Position numbers and translations under genes: made by a program
Assembly: GCA_010909165.1 (NCBI GenBank)
Contig: VJWM01000103.1
Span: 1 to 64,000, forward strand
Source of the DNA: Anthoceros angustus
Taxonomy: Eukaryota; Plantae; Anthocerotophyta
Length of the DNA stretch: 64,000 nucleotides
Direction: 5' to 3'
In this document: in pieces, positions 33,977-46,626 of the stretch
Layout of the letters: each line of letters starts with the position of its first letter
How positions within the stretch are numbered: position 1 is the stretch's first letter
The notes under the pieces: model-generated
What the model was told of the DNA's origin: nothing
What the model saw: only the letters and a program-made list of their open reading frames with translations
Database searches by the model: none

Positions 33977-35567
33977 ATGGCTCCCGGAGGTTCGAGCATG
34001 GCGTTTCTTCTCCTTTGCACGGTGATGCTCGTTGTCGACTTTCCAGGTAGCAAATCCTTCGATCTTATCCGAATTCGGGAACCATGCACTTGGCACTCGT
34101 TTCTCTTCTTTGTTTGGGAATCATGCACTTGGCACTCGTTTGTCTTCTTTGTTCGGGAATCATGCACTTGGCACTCGTTTCCCTTCTTGTTCGGGAATCA
34201 TGCACTTTGCACTCGATTCCCTTCTTGTTCGGGAATCATGCACTTGGCGCTCGTTTCCCTTCTTGTGTTGTCAAATGCTTTACTGATGTTCGATGGCGCG
34301 GTCTGTCCATGAGCCTCTTCGCGCTCGTGATTGTCTTGTTAGTCGAGGGATAATAGACAGGCATGCTTCGGCGGACGGAGCATGACACCATCCAGTGGTT
34401 CAACTTCACCGAGAGGTTCCTCTCGGTGGTATAGACATTGCAGGGGGCTGCGGTGTTGTCTATGTCGCTGAGGCTGTGTGCTGATGTCAGGGATTGGTTT
34501 TTTTGAAGGATCAGGAGGATGACATCGGTGGCATTTGGTTTGCAGGGGCCTGTGGAATTGGTGTGAATTATGGCCGGCTGGCTGACAATTTGCCTGATCC
34601 AGCGAACGTGGTGGCGTTATGTCGAAGACATTTCATTGAAGAAGTCAGAATCTATGATGCTGATGCAGGCGTTGTGGCAGCATTCGGAGGCTCCGGTATA
34701 CCGATAAGCATTTCGGTGACTGATGATGAGGTATTTTTCATCGCCGGAAATGCGACGCTGGCTCACAATTGGGTGGTCGACCGGGTTCTGGTACACTTGC
34801 GGTCACCGAATCCGGTTCAAATCAGAAGTATTATCATCGGAAATGAGATGCTGTCGATTGATGGGTACGATGGGTCCACCCTTGTTCCTGCCATGGAGAA
34901 CATATATAATGCTCTGGTCAGCTACGGTCTTGGCTTTATACAAGTTTCCACCACGCATGCTGTGAACGTCGTATCATCAGAAGATGGGACATGGCCACCG
35001 TCTGCGGCCAGATTTGTTGCGCCAACGGTGATGAGGCCGCTTTTGGATTTTTTGAATAGGACAGGATCTCCTCTGATGATAGACGTGTATCCGTTTCTGG
35101 TGTTCAAGCAATATGACACGGTGAGCCTTGAGTCTTGCCTGTTTCAGCCGAATGCTGGAAACACTGACCCCTATTCCAATTTGATTTACACAAACCTGTT
35201 GGACCAGATGGTCGACGCCTTCTACTATGCTATGAGTGCTTGGGGCTATGACGATATCGACATTGTTATAGCAGAAACAGGCTGGGCGACAAACGGCGAC
35301 CCTGATGAGAAAGGTGCGAACGTGGAAAATGCGCAAACCTACATTTCAAACCTGGCAAGGCATGTTGCCCTCTATCCGGGACCTGGTGCTCCTTCTCGTC
35401 CGATTGGTACTCCACTTCGGCCCGGGCGATGGCTCCGCACATTTATCTTTGCTCTGTACAACGAAGACAGCAAGCAAGGCCCTACATCGGAGAGGAACTT
35501 TGGCCTCTTTACCCCAACGGAGACAGCTGTTTATGACGTGATACTTGCCAACTATCAAACTGTTTAG
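33977..35567 (+). CDS. Glucan endo-1,3-beta-glucosidase (GH17); signal-peptide exon 33977-34046, catalytic exon 34546-35567; no C-terminal X8 domain
   Basis: GIGVNYGRLADNLP; catalytic IIIGNE and VIAETGW; YNEDSKQGPTSERNFGLF. A phase-1 GT/AG pair (CCAG|GTAG ... TTTGCAG|GG) joins a hydrophobic leader in frame. Confidence 0.92.
34074..34265. repeat. Minisatellite, 5 x 38-39 bp, in GH17 intron 1
   Basis: Unit GTTCGGGAATCATGCACTTGGCACTCGTTTCCCTTCTT. Confidence 0.95.
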
Positions 35568-36327
35568 GCCCTTGATTTTCTTTCCGGTTGTTGTTAGTTT
35601 TCTTTCGACAACGATTTTGCATGCGGATCCTTCTCTCGAGAGTAGACAATTAGAAGGATGGACCAGACGAGACAGCGGACATCTATTTTGATGAATTTTG
35701 TTTGGCTAACAAGAGGCCTTCAGTGAAGAGGATATCAATTTTGATTTTGTGCCCACCAGGGATTTAGGTTTTTGTCCTTATGACTGCCGATAGGGCACAA
35801 TTTGTATCACGGAAAAGGTATGTGAGACTTACTCCATGTCCCAGCTTGAACGATATTAGCACTGTAGAGATCTCCAGATTGTGAGAGAGACAGACGAGCT
35901 GGCCTGCTTGCTTATCCTGGTAGCAGTCGACCTGATAAGATATGTGTGAGAGACACGGGCAGAAACTTCGATGTCATTGCTGCCGGAGGCGAGATTTAAC
36001 CTTCCATCCCAGAAACAAAGCTGCACGAACGATTGGCTGGCGGTGTCGTCAAGGCTAACCACGGCTGAAAATGAATGGCTGAAGAGGCACCCTGAGCATC
36101 CAGCAGTGTAGCTTATCCCGAAGGATTGATTAAGTACGACCTTTGAAAAGGCTAAGACAACATCGGTTCAAGGAGCTGATTTTAGTTGGGGCATTTGGTG
36201 ACAGTGGAGCGGAATAATAAACCATGTAACCAAACCGGCAACCCTAGAATCTACGGTGTGTTGAACCTCACGCAATAGAGATCACAACAAGACTTGGTCA
36301 GTAAGGATACAGAAGCACCAAAAATTT

Positions 36328-36936
36328 CTACCGAGGAATGGCTGACAGAATTGCACGGCTCACAATGCCCGTTGCTTCTATGTACCTCTCCGCGCACCTT
36401 GATACGCAGCTACTTTCCCCGCCGCTAAGACTGGAGCTAGGTTTTGTGACACATTTTATGAAGCACTTCTCTCTCACAGTCTGCAACACAGAAGAAAACG
36501 AAAACTGCAGAAACATCAGGTCACCCTCAACACCGCGGACTCAAATATATCCTCCATGCTCAGCAAGGACTCCCAACTGAACCAAATAAGTTCCTCCGCC
36601 AACCCAACTCAGTCAGCTTCTACCACCAACACGAGCCATTCCAAATTAGGGCTTCCTAAAGAGCCCTAGACCACACCAATGCTCCTCACCACAACCAATT
36701 TCCAGGACAAGGCACTTGGATTCACCTCATGCCACCAAATCCTTACACTCGCTGGGCAAACTCCTACTCCCCAATGGAAGAAATCAATGACAAACACTGT
36801 AGCTAAAGGAGGGGAAGGAGCTGACCGCAAAGAACTCTTCCGCGTACACTTGAGCCATCTGCGCCTTCACTTGCTCCATGAGCATCTCGTTGGATGGGCC
36901 GCCTGAAGACGAGGGGGCAGAGGTAAAGGCATCCAT
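36328..36936 (-). CDS. TIM13: Mitochondrial intermembrane-space small TIM chaperone Tim13; exons 36936-36826 and 36480-36328
   Basis: MDAFTSAPSSSGGPSNEMLMEQVKAQMAQVYAEEFFA|TVREKCFIKCVTKPSSSLSGGESSCVSRCAERYIEATGIVSRA. Twin CX3C motif; phase-0 GT-AG intron. Confidence 0.9.
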
Positions 36937-38045
36937 GTCGAGCGCGCGGGAACTCAGCGGGGCACTGAGATTCCCAAACCTAGGAATTGCAACGAGGCTG
37001 GCCCAGAGCTACAATAGGCTAGGGCCAAAGTGAAAACTCGCAAACCCTCCCTCCGTTGACCTGATTAAGGGTCCCCGTTGTTGGGAGGGGACTGATGGGC
37101 CATGGCGCCTGTCAGGTCATACATACATGTAACATTTAATATTTGCGTCCATAAAACTCGTCCATGGCACTCGCAGGTGAGAATTCCGTCACTGGCGTGA
37201 ACGGAATTTCTTGAAGGGCAGCTGGTGAAATGTGAGGCGGCAAAAGGGAAGCGAATACGAATGCGATCTTCGCTGAACAGGTGGACGCAGGGAAAGCACA
37301 TGAGAGGGAATAGGGAGCCTTGGCGGCTCCGCTGCTGAGGAGGAAAGCGGGCATGCAAAGAGCATGCGACGGGCAAAAGGCAAGGAAACAGTTGCGGCCA
37401 GCGCTACAGCGGGCGTCGGACGTAGCTGGCAACCCGTTCGCCTTCAGCCCGTTATGACACGTTTCAACCAACCACCCACCGAATTGCCCAACAAATAACT
37501 TACCCCTGTTACAGACGCTGGCTAGCCGATACTAGCTAGCTAGCCCCTAGGCTAACGAAGTTAAATCCTGGAGCGGGCAGCGGTGAAAGCCAAGCCAGGC
37601 CGGGCGGGCCCGTCGGTTACGAGGCGAGCCCGGGAAGAAGAAGGAGAAGCAACAGCACGCACAAACACAGACACAGACACAGACACAGACGGCAATGCAG
37701 GCACTGGACGCAGTTTAAAAAGATAAGCTTTAGTCTAGATAGATGCCTTGCTTGCCGCTGTGGCTTCTTCCTTCTTCCTTCTTCCGAATCCTCGACTGCC
37801 CGCTGCCGCGCCCTGGCCTGCGCCTGCTGTGTGCGTGTGGTGGCAGCTGTCCTTTCGCCTTGCAGCTGCCGCTTCTTTGTCCCGACCCAGCGCCCCGTCC
37901 CTTTAAAACGCGCCCCGCTCGCTGCCACCATGGCCATGCTGCAGGATCCATGCGCAGCGCTGCAGCTGGGAATTCATCCAGATTCCGCTCAGCCTGCTAG
38001 CCTGCAGGTGCCAGAATCGACGTCTTGGCGCTCCCGCGGTTCCGG

Positions 38046-39436
38046 ATGAGGATGAGGATCCCGACCACCGTGCTGCTGCTGCTGCTCGTCCAGCTCACGG
38101 TGCGGGATGGGATGCGGGTGGCGGTGGCCAAGCCCTCGTACCGAGATCGAACGCCCTTCCAGAACGGCTACGCCGTGTCGTGGTCGGCCGACCACGTCCG
38201 GTGGCTGGACGGGGGAGAGCAGATCCAGCTCACCCTGGACAAGGCCTCGGGCTCAGGATTCCAGTCCATCAACACCTTCCTCTTCGGCTACTTCAGCATG
38301 CAGCTAAAGCTGGTTCCGGGCAATTCTGCCGGCACTGTCACCACTTTCTATGTAAGCTCACAGCTCAAGCTGTGCGTATTTGCAATTGAAGGGATCCAGG
38401 ACAGGATAGTTTGGTCTGATCATTGCCAAATTGAATGCTGGGTTTTTGTGGGTTTTGTGGGTCGTGTGTGTGTGTGTGTGTGTGGATGATTCATTCTTTG
38501 TTTGCACCAAGGTCTGCAGGATAGGACAGTTTGATCATTGCCGAATTGAGTGAGCACTGGGTTTTTGTGGGTTTTGTGACGTGTGTGTGGATGATTCATT
38601 CATTCTTTGTGTGCTGCAGTAGCAGCAGATGAATGCAGCATTGGGAAGCATACATGACGGTGTGTCTGAATTCACTGGCAGCTGACCTCGGAGGGCAGCA
38701 GCCATGACGAGGTGGACTTCGAGTTCCTGGGCAACCTTGCGGGACAGCCATACATCCTGCAGACCAACGTGTTCGGTGGAGGTCGGGGCGGGCGGGAGCA
38801 GAGAATCCACCTGTGGTTCGACCCCACCCAGGACTTCCATTCCTACACCATCTCCTGGAATCCTCAACAGATCATGTACACACCATGACTGTCCATGACG
38901 CCTGCGTGCCTGCCTTGATGCCTGCCAGTGTTGGGTTCCATGCCAGCTAGCTGAGGCTTGCGGAATTCACCCGGCACCGATTGCCTATGCCGTAACGGTT
39001 GCCTTGCCTTGCCTTGCCGTTGCGGATTCCCTGCAGATTCTTCGTCGACTCGTACCCGATCCGCGTGTTCAAGAACAACGAAGGGCTGGGCGTTCCCTAC
39101 CCCAACAAGCGGCCCATGCGGGTGGTGTCCAGCCTGTGGGACGGCAGCGACTGGGCCACCGACGGGGGGAAGGTCAAGATCGACTGGCGGGCCGCGCCCT
39201 TCGTGGCGTCCTTCAGATCGTTCGGCCTGGCCGACACCTGCTTGTCGTCTTCGCCCGACTGCGGGTCGGTGGCGGCAGGGAGCTGGTGGGGGCAAGGGGC
39301 GTATGTGGAGAATCCGGTGGGCGGTAAGAACGGCAAGAAGCTGGCAAGAGTGCGCAAGCAGTTTCTCATCTACGACTACTGCGACGATCGCAGTAGGTTC
39401 CCGGCTGTCCCACCGGAGTGCGCAAACTCCCCTTGA
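38046..39436 (+). CDS. XTH: Xyloglucan endotransglucosylase/hydrolase (GH16), 3 exons: 38046-38351, 38682-38875, 39037-39436
   Basis: [15 protein letters not shown]|[18 protein letters not shown]; [11 protein letters not shown]; [13 protein letters not shown]; C-terminal [15 protein letters not shown]. Confidence 0.95.
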
Positions 39437-40186
39437 CCACAAATCGGTACATGCACTACATCGGTACCTGCGCCGGGGCCGGCTGCTGCCGTCTTGGCAT
39501 TTCAGGTTTGAAGCATAAAATTTGCAAGCCACGCATTGGCACCACCATCACCATTAGCACTAGCATAAGTATTGTGGGCAGGTGTGACATGGCGACTCCA
39601 TGGAGCCAGCTGCAGCATCCAGTCGGCGGGGGGGAAATCGAGGTTTGCGTAAAGCGATGTCCTACCGGGAGTGACTCCCAGACCTGTGGCCATCAGTCCA
39701 CTTGTGGTCGTCGCATGGTTCGAGACGATCTTGTGAGCCACAACAGTAAGTGAGCTGCACACACGCATGTGAAAGCTGGTCCAGCTTCACATCAACAGTG
39801 TGCTGCCGCTGTGGCCTCGGGAAGTGGGAGGGGTGCCTGCTAGCAGCTAGCAAGCCTGGCTTGTGCACAAGCGACAACTGACAGACATGTGCACTAATAA
39901 AACCCCTTCCCAGTGCCCACCATTACCGCTGCATCCCATGCTATGTCTGACCATTTCATCACTTATGAATGCTGCCTGCACGTCTACTCCTGAAGGCTGA
40001 CGTCCAGCCTTAAGGACCTTCACATGTAATAGAACAAATTGTGACAAATGTTCACAGCTAAGCCTATCAGGGATCTGGATGTTTTTCTGTTGAATCGATC
40101 GATTACCAGGGCACCACATCCCAGGAAATTTCGAGTCCCTACAAAGATGCTTACAAGTGCTACTAACATACATGCACTAGTCTCCT

Positions 40187-41613
40187 CTATGGGGCAAGAG
40201 TGCACTCGGGAGATATCTGAGGGTATCGAACCCGATCGTCGCAGTAGTCGTAGACTCCGTAGTTTTTCTTCACCCAATGAAGCTGGCCCACCTGAGCATC
40301 CGTGAGAGATCGGTAGAGAGGATCGTCCCACCAGCTGTTGGAGTTCTGCTGGGCACAGTATGGGAGGGATCCGGTCCATTCGCAGCCACTGGGCACGATG
40401 CTCTGAAAGCTACCGGTGAAGGGGGCGCCCCGCCAGTCGATCTTGACGGCACCTCCTCTTGTGGCCCAATCATCCGCGTCGTAGATGCTGGAGGTGATCA
40501 CCATGGGGTTGGAGTTGGGGTATGCCACACCCAGACGGTTGGCATTACGGAACACTCGGATGGGGATGTTGTCCACAAACCAGCTGTAATTTTCGAAGAC
40601 ATGCAAACGTTGTCTCATCAATAGGACGTTCACCGTGACTTGGAGTGGAAGCAGCCTGCAAAAATTGAGCACTGAAAAGCATTGCTAGAAGAAGCAGGAT
40701 AGTGGTAATCACTTACACAATCTGGTAGTGATTCCAGAGAATTGTGTATGTGTGGAAGGAGGCCGCAGGGTCGAACCACAAGAAGTGGCGAACCTCCCTG
40801 CCCCCGATTCCAGCTGCGTACAAGTTGGTTTGCAAGATCACTGGCTGCCCTGATACGTTCCCAAGAAACTCGAAGTCGATCTCGTCGTGGAGTTGGTTGT
40901 TGGAAGTAAGCTGCAAAAACAAGCAAATTGGCAAGCAGGGTCAGATGAGAGAGCAATGCATTTGGCGGTGCTTTGGAGCTCTCCAGATAGGAACTGCGCA
41001 CTCAGTCAGCTCAACAAGACGCCTGCGGAGGGGAGATTACATAGAAGCTGAAGCAGGTTCCTGCCGAATTGCCCGGCACAGTCTTGATTTTGGCTTCAAA
41101 CTTGCCAAACACGTAACTCTTGTAGGAACCGAAACCAGCACCTGCCAGGGACACGATCCAGCCGAAGGCCGTGATCAGGGACACTGCAAAAGTCCGCACC
41201 AGAGTCCTTCCCAATCCCGTGCCTTGGACTCGAGATTGAACAGCAGCAACACCATGACTCTATATATAGCACCACACCTTCAAGTTGGATCCCAAGACAG
41301 TGACAAACAGCAACAGAACAAACTTCCACCAGAATCTTCCAAATTTCCCACCACCCAGAAATGCTCAGCAGCTAGGAGCGGGGCGGGGAGAGGAATGCCC
41401 ACCTCCGTTCTGCGTGAGGGAGATCTGCACGGAGCCGGTGGCATCCGACGCCTGAATCTGGTTGGGAGACCAGAACTTCTGGAAGTTCTGGCTGAAGCCG
41501 GTGCTGAAGGCGGGCTCCGCGACCACGAAGGGATCCGCCCGCGCCTGCACCCACAGGAGCGCGAGCCAGACGAGCGCTGCCCAGGCCCCGATTCCGGCCC
41601 ATTTGCGGCCCAT
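40187..41613 (-). CDS. XTH: Second XTH (GH16), 4 exons: 41613-41403, 41141-41041, 40910-40717, 40583-40187
   Basis: Signal peptide; [15 protein letters not shown]; [11 protein letters not shown]; [13 protein letters not shown]; [14 protein letters not shown]. Internal exons are 101 and 194 bp, the canonical XTH sizes. Confidence 0.95.
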
Positions 41614-41911
41614 GGGCGGTGGGCGGTGGGCTGTGGGCGGATCGGAGTCGTGGGCGGAAGTCTTGGAAGACGTGTCTGCAGCAGCAGCAGTCGCAGTGGC
41701 AGCAATGCAGGCACAGCGGCAACAGCAGCAGCAGTTGCAGTTGCAGAGGATGGGAGAAGAGAAGCGGAACTGCAGAGCGTGTGAGAAAGGCAGGAGGCGA
41801 GGCTTGCGGCACTGCAAGGCCGCGGAGGCAGCCAACGGGCAGAATATGTGGAGTGGCGCGGGAAGGAGCAGCGGAGGAGCTGAATTCAAGGAAAGCGGAT
41901 GGGCTCTAGTC

Positions 41912-41920
41912 TTTTATATT
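41912..41920 (-). promoter_or_regulatory. Candidate TATA box for the minus-strand XTH
   Basis: TATAAAAG on the minus strand about 300 bp upstream of the ATG. Confidence 0.4.
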
Positions 41921-42561
41921 GCGCCCCAGTCTGATCTCTCCTGCTCCAGCCCAAGGGCGGGATCGCAGAGGCCGCCTGACACGGACTGCAGGCAACGCAA
42001 GGCTGGCGACTGTTACAGCTGCTGCTGCAACAGCATACACCGGAGAGGATGGAGCTGGACCTCTCACCCGATTTCCTCTCTCTTTCCCACTGCCCACACA
42101 GACACACACACGCCCTGCCCTGCCCTGCCTGCTCCCTCCCCGGCCTGGCCTGGCAATTCTGCGTCTCTGCCTCTGCAGACTGCAGTGCTGCAATCCCTGC
42201 AGGCTCTGTGCCCGCGGCTCTTCTTCTGGCACCGAGGAGTCCGTTCCCTGCTGCCTGCTGCCTGCTGCCAGCCTTTTTCACCCATCCCCGCCCCACGTGC
42301 CCAGCCATTTACCTACCCAAATCATGAGCTTATGTCATCTTGCGCGATAAGCCTCCGCTCTGCCAGACTGTACACCGCAGGGCACCAACGGACTTTTGTC
42401 CCGTGTTTTCTTTCCTTGCCTCCTGCATACTTCCTCGCCAGGCAGTTCTTCGTTTCATTTTCTTAATAGGTGCCCACTTGCTTAATTCCTCGTCACATTT
42501 TTAATTACGCAATTATTTTATCTTTAAATTTGTTTTTCTGGAACTCTCTAAGTGCATTATT

Positions 42562-45500
42562 TCAAGCCGTGAATGAGAACAGTCGCAACACATGAGCAAG
42601 GTTTCGCACCGTATCCATCAATGCGTAGTACCCACCCTCTTCGATCCTTGGTATGCTCTCCTCCGCGCTTCCGTCTTTTAATGTCTGGATCACACTTGCA
42701 TGGTACTGCAACAAAATGATATCTATTATAATAATTCAATTTAAGGAAAGGAGGGTTATTATCAAAATCAATGCCTTCTCTCCACCTCGCTCATAAACAC
42801 TTCGGCATAGGCGGAGGATTTCCTTTCGTTCAAGTCGATTAGAGCACATCCTTTCTGCTTGTACATTAAGAATCTTACAGCCTTGCTCTGTATTTCCCAC
42901 CATGCAATAGATTGATATGTGTATTTTATTGTTTCCATACTTTAATGGCAAGCATATTTTGCTAACACACAATTCTTTAGTAGATTATGGTTCACCTTTT
43001 CAAAATTTGGAGGGAAGCAAGGTTCGGGTATTTCTAATACCCTCAACACACATGTCTCATAATCTGCAGCTGCATTAAATTTTGTACTTGCAATTGCAAA
43101 GGACGGGATTGCTACTCCCATATCTCGATATGCATATTCTTCCACAAAACTATCCTGAAAATGTCAATATTTTTTTAAGATAGTAAAATTTATAAATTAT
43201 TTTCTCAATAAATTATTAGACATATTACAATGTACCTTGAGCTCTTTGCTTACAAATAAAGCATCTTCTTCATCAGGTAAGAGATGAATGCCTGAAATTG
43301 AGAGTTGCTGTATACATGCATTAGTGTATTAGTGTATTAGACAAACTTCCAAAAAAAATGAAAAATAAAAATACTATGTATAAAAAATTAAAAACTATTA
43401 TTACAGCTATATATTATATTATATTAATAATTATTAATAATTACCTTCAAAAGTGCAACAGGATTTAATTTTTTATCGTATAGATGATTTAATGCTGGAT
43501 TTTTGGGTTCTATTAATGTACACCAACCAGCACCAACTTCTAGAATGATTGTCACAAAACTAGTAACTAAAGTGAACTTAGCTCCTCCCTTGCAAGTGGG
43601 AGTAAAGATCCAAGATATATATGGAAATAATTTCACTCGATTCTAGATCAAAGAATTATAAAATTAGATAAATAATAAATTCAATAATTAAAATATCAAT
43701 TAAACTTTGTTTTTGCTCCACTTTTCATTAATACCACTACTTACTTGTATTATGGCAGTTGGGGATGTCTTTAAAGTTTGAAAGGATAGTGTTCGAGTAT
43801 TAGGATCAAATGCAACTTGACTCAATCCTTCTGTTTTCCAAGTGCATTCTCCCTATAAATGCCTTTCACATTGTTAGAAAATTGTGGAGGGAGATGAATG
43901 TATATGAGAAGATAATGCAACACACAACACTCACTGTATCCCACCATCCAATCTCTGGTGTTGAACTAGAGATTACAACGAAGTCTGGTATAACAATTGA
44001 TATTCCGATGGGGGGTACAGGTTGATTCAAGTCCTTGATTGAAGGTGCAGTGCTTCCAGCCAGAGGAATAGGATACCCCAGCTTTACAACATTCGAGGAT
44101 GAGAATGTTACTGCAAATATAAACAATGCCCTAACATCAGTTTTTAATATTAAGAATCAGATTATGAAGCACAAGTTTTTTTTTGGTTGCCTACATATAG
44201 ATATATGTGGTAAATGAAGATTTTGTTATTCTTGAAAAACGAACCATGATGTAGAATCCAAGCACGAAGAGATTTTGAAGGTGGTGGAATGCCTAGTACT
44301 TCCATTGAAAAGACTCCACCCTAAAACCAATTATGAGCTTTAATGATACCGAATGGTTCCACTCCCTAAAAGAAGATAAGCATTGTCATATGTGTTACAA
44401 GCTTACCACTGACATGTATACATTTTTTGATTTGTTGACTATTTCTGGGTGTAATAGACTTTGTTTCATCCTTACAGCACAACTTGAGAGTGCAAATTGT
44501 TTCGGAAGATTTAAAGTAATTGATAGTTCAGGTATTTCAAGAACTCTAAAGCGAGGATTCTTCGAGTGATTGACCCACAAGGCTAATTTCCAATCCCCAC
44601 TTTTATGGAAGGACAATTGCTCTTGCCTTTCTCTATATACTTCATGTGAGTCCTGGGATGGTTCCACGATGATGTTAGTATAGGTGAATCTTGGTGGTGA
44701 AGTAATATGTCTTAAGGCATAAGTATAAGGTAAGAAGGATTTGGAAACTCTAAGTTTTATTTGGATTCTTTTTTGTTATGTGTGGTCTTAACCTACCAGT
44801 AACAAAAAGGCATATGTTGCATCCAAACGTGATTGGTGTATTGCCTCTAGTTTCACCAAATGGCTCCGATACCTACATATCAAAGAGAAATCATGAGATA
44901 TCATGACGTAGTTGTTGACATGTTTGGATACAAAGTGAAATTGATTTGCTTACTTTGTAGCTAATTCTTTATTTCCTTTCATGTCTTCAACTAGTGATAA
45001 TTCCTCTGTTTCTCTAAGTACCTAAATATTTACAAAAATAAAATAATTATTCAATAAAATAATAATTATTTAACTAGATCTGTTAGCTGGTTGAAGGGAT
45101 GATAGGTTGATAACATGATACCCTGTAAACATCTTCACATGTTGCAATCGAAGATACCATATCTTTATCATACCCTCTAGCTAGTTCGTCCAGAAAGCTA
45201 TTAATAGTACCTTCATTTGTCGCATAAGGTAATCTTGTGCTTTCTAAATATCTATGCCACTATGCAAACTCCACATTAGGATTTAGGGTTTCCGAAAGTA
45301 AGATTTTTATAATTGGAAAGTACTAAGAGTATACAACTCCAAATGATGAAATCTATTTAGATGTGTATTCAATATTTGTAACAACATACTTCATAAAATT
45401 GAGAAGTTTCATTTTCTTGTTCCATAATTCCTTCTTTTTTCCTTGTGTAAAAGGGCTCCATGGATTGATGCTCCCAAGCAATGCGTTCAGCTTCTTCTTT

Positions 45501-46303
45501 TAATCTTTGTTCCTCAAGAGTCCATGCTATGACCATATCTTCCTCAAATCGTTTGACCTCCTCAGCTTCTAGCTTTAATCTTTCTAGACAATATATTTTC
45601 CAAGAAAATTTATAAATATTCTATCATTTACAAAGTTGCTTTATATAGAAGTAGATTAAATATTCTTAAGGAGACCTTCTTCCGCCTTCTTAGCTTCTTC
45701 ACGCAATTTTTCTGTGGGCAAATTGTGTATGCAAATTAGAGTTTTATTTTGAAAAAATACATATTTTATTGCATGTATGTGAATCCTTCAGACAAAGGTA
45801 CTTATAATTACCTAACTCAGCCTTTCTTGCAGCTTTTTTTTCTTGTTTGGACATCATTTTTCCGGCTTTCGCTTCCTTTTTTTTAGCTACTATTTTGACA
45901 ACTACTTTAGGAGGTTCTTCGGGTGGTGGTGGTATCCTTATCACATAGCCTATTGGAAATTTTGGATAACCAAGAGCCTTGGGCTTGTAGCATGGTGGCA
46001 TACCCACTATGCCTGGAACTAATGGACTATAGTTGACTGGCAAATGTGGGAATTCGGGATGAAATGGCTCCGGTGGTATTTCAGGTACTTCGGGGACCTT
46101 TTTTGAGGAACCTTTTTTGCCTTTTTTACGTTTTTTCTCATCTCCTGAATCTGATGCTTTAGATTTCTTTCCTTTCCCCTTTTTGGCCTATATTGGTAAT
46201 AATTTTCTCTCATCAAAATCACAAAATTAAGGAAAAAATATCAAGAGTATATCAGCTACATCAATAAAACTAATAGGGACATGTATCATGATGGACATAC
46301 CAT
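42562..46303 (-). CDS. CFAP94: CFAP94/CASC1/DNAI7-like axonemal dynein-associated protein; many small exons in AT-rich DNA
   Basis: Manual splicing: ATG|GTATGT at 46303; K-rich exon 46187-45812; exon 45711-45676; EE-rich coiled-coil exon; WHRYLESTRLPYATNEGTINSFLDEL (Casc1 N-type); GECTWKTEGLSQVAFDPNTRTLSFQT; FPYISWIFTP...LEVGAGWCTLIEP..LNHLYDKKLNPVALLK; SGIHLLPDEEDA; EEYAYRDM; last exon 42705-42562 YHAS...DTVRNLAHVLRLFSFTA*. Some middle exons were not mapped to the base. Confidence 0.78.
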
Positions 46304-46626
46304 TGTGTTTGTGATGGAACAAAAACTAGGTTCGTGTTATCCTTCAACCGTATGCATTTATGAATTTATTGGTGATTGTACTATCATGGAACACAGTTCT
46401 GCAATCACTGATAAGATATTTCAAAGATCAAAGTTGCATGTCATAAGTGGGTTACGGAGATCATTAATTTATAAAGCTATTACATCGTGCTTGTGAAACT
46501 TACTTGAACCCTCAAAAAACACAAGATGTAGAACAAGTTATTGTTCCATGAAAAGATCTTAGGCTACATGTCTGCACTTATAATAATATGATGAATATTT
46601 TCATAAGGAAATAGTTTTGATGATAT

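Noticed and set aside
756-34265. Short tandem arrays (756-833, 4813-4879, 34074-34265) as CRISPR-like repeats
   Set aside because: The units are contiguous with no unique spacers, there are no cas genes, and the DNA is eukaryotic.
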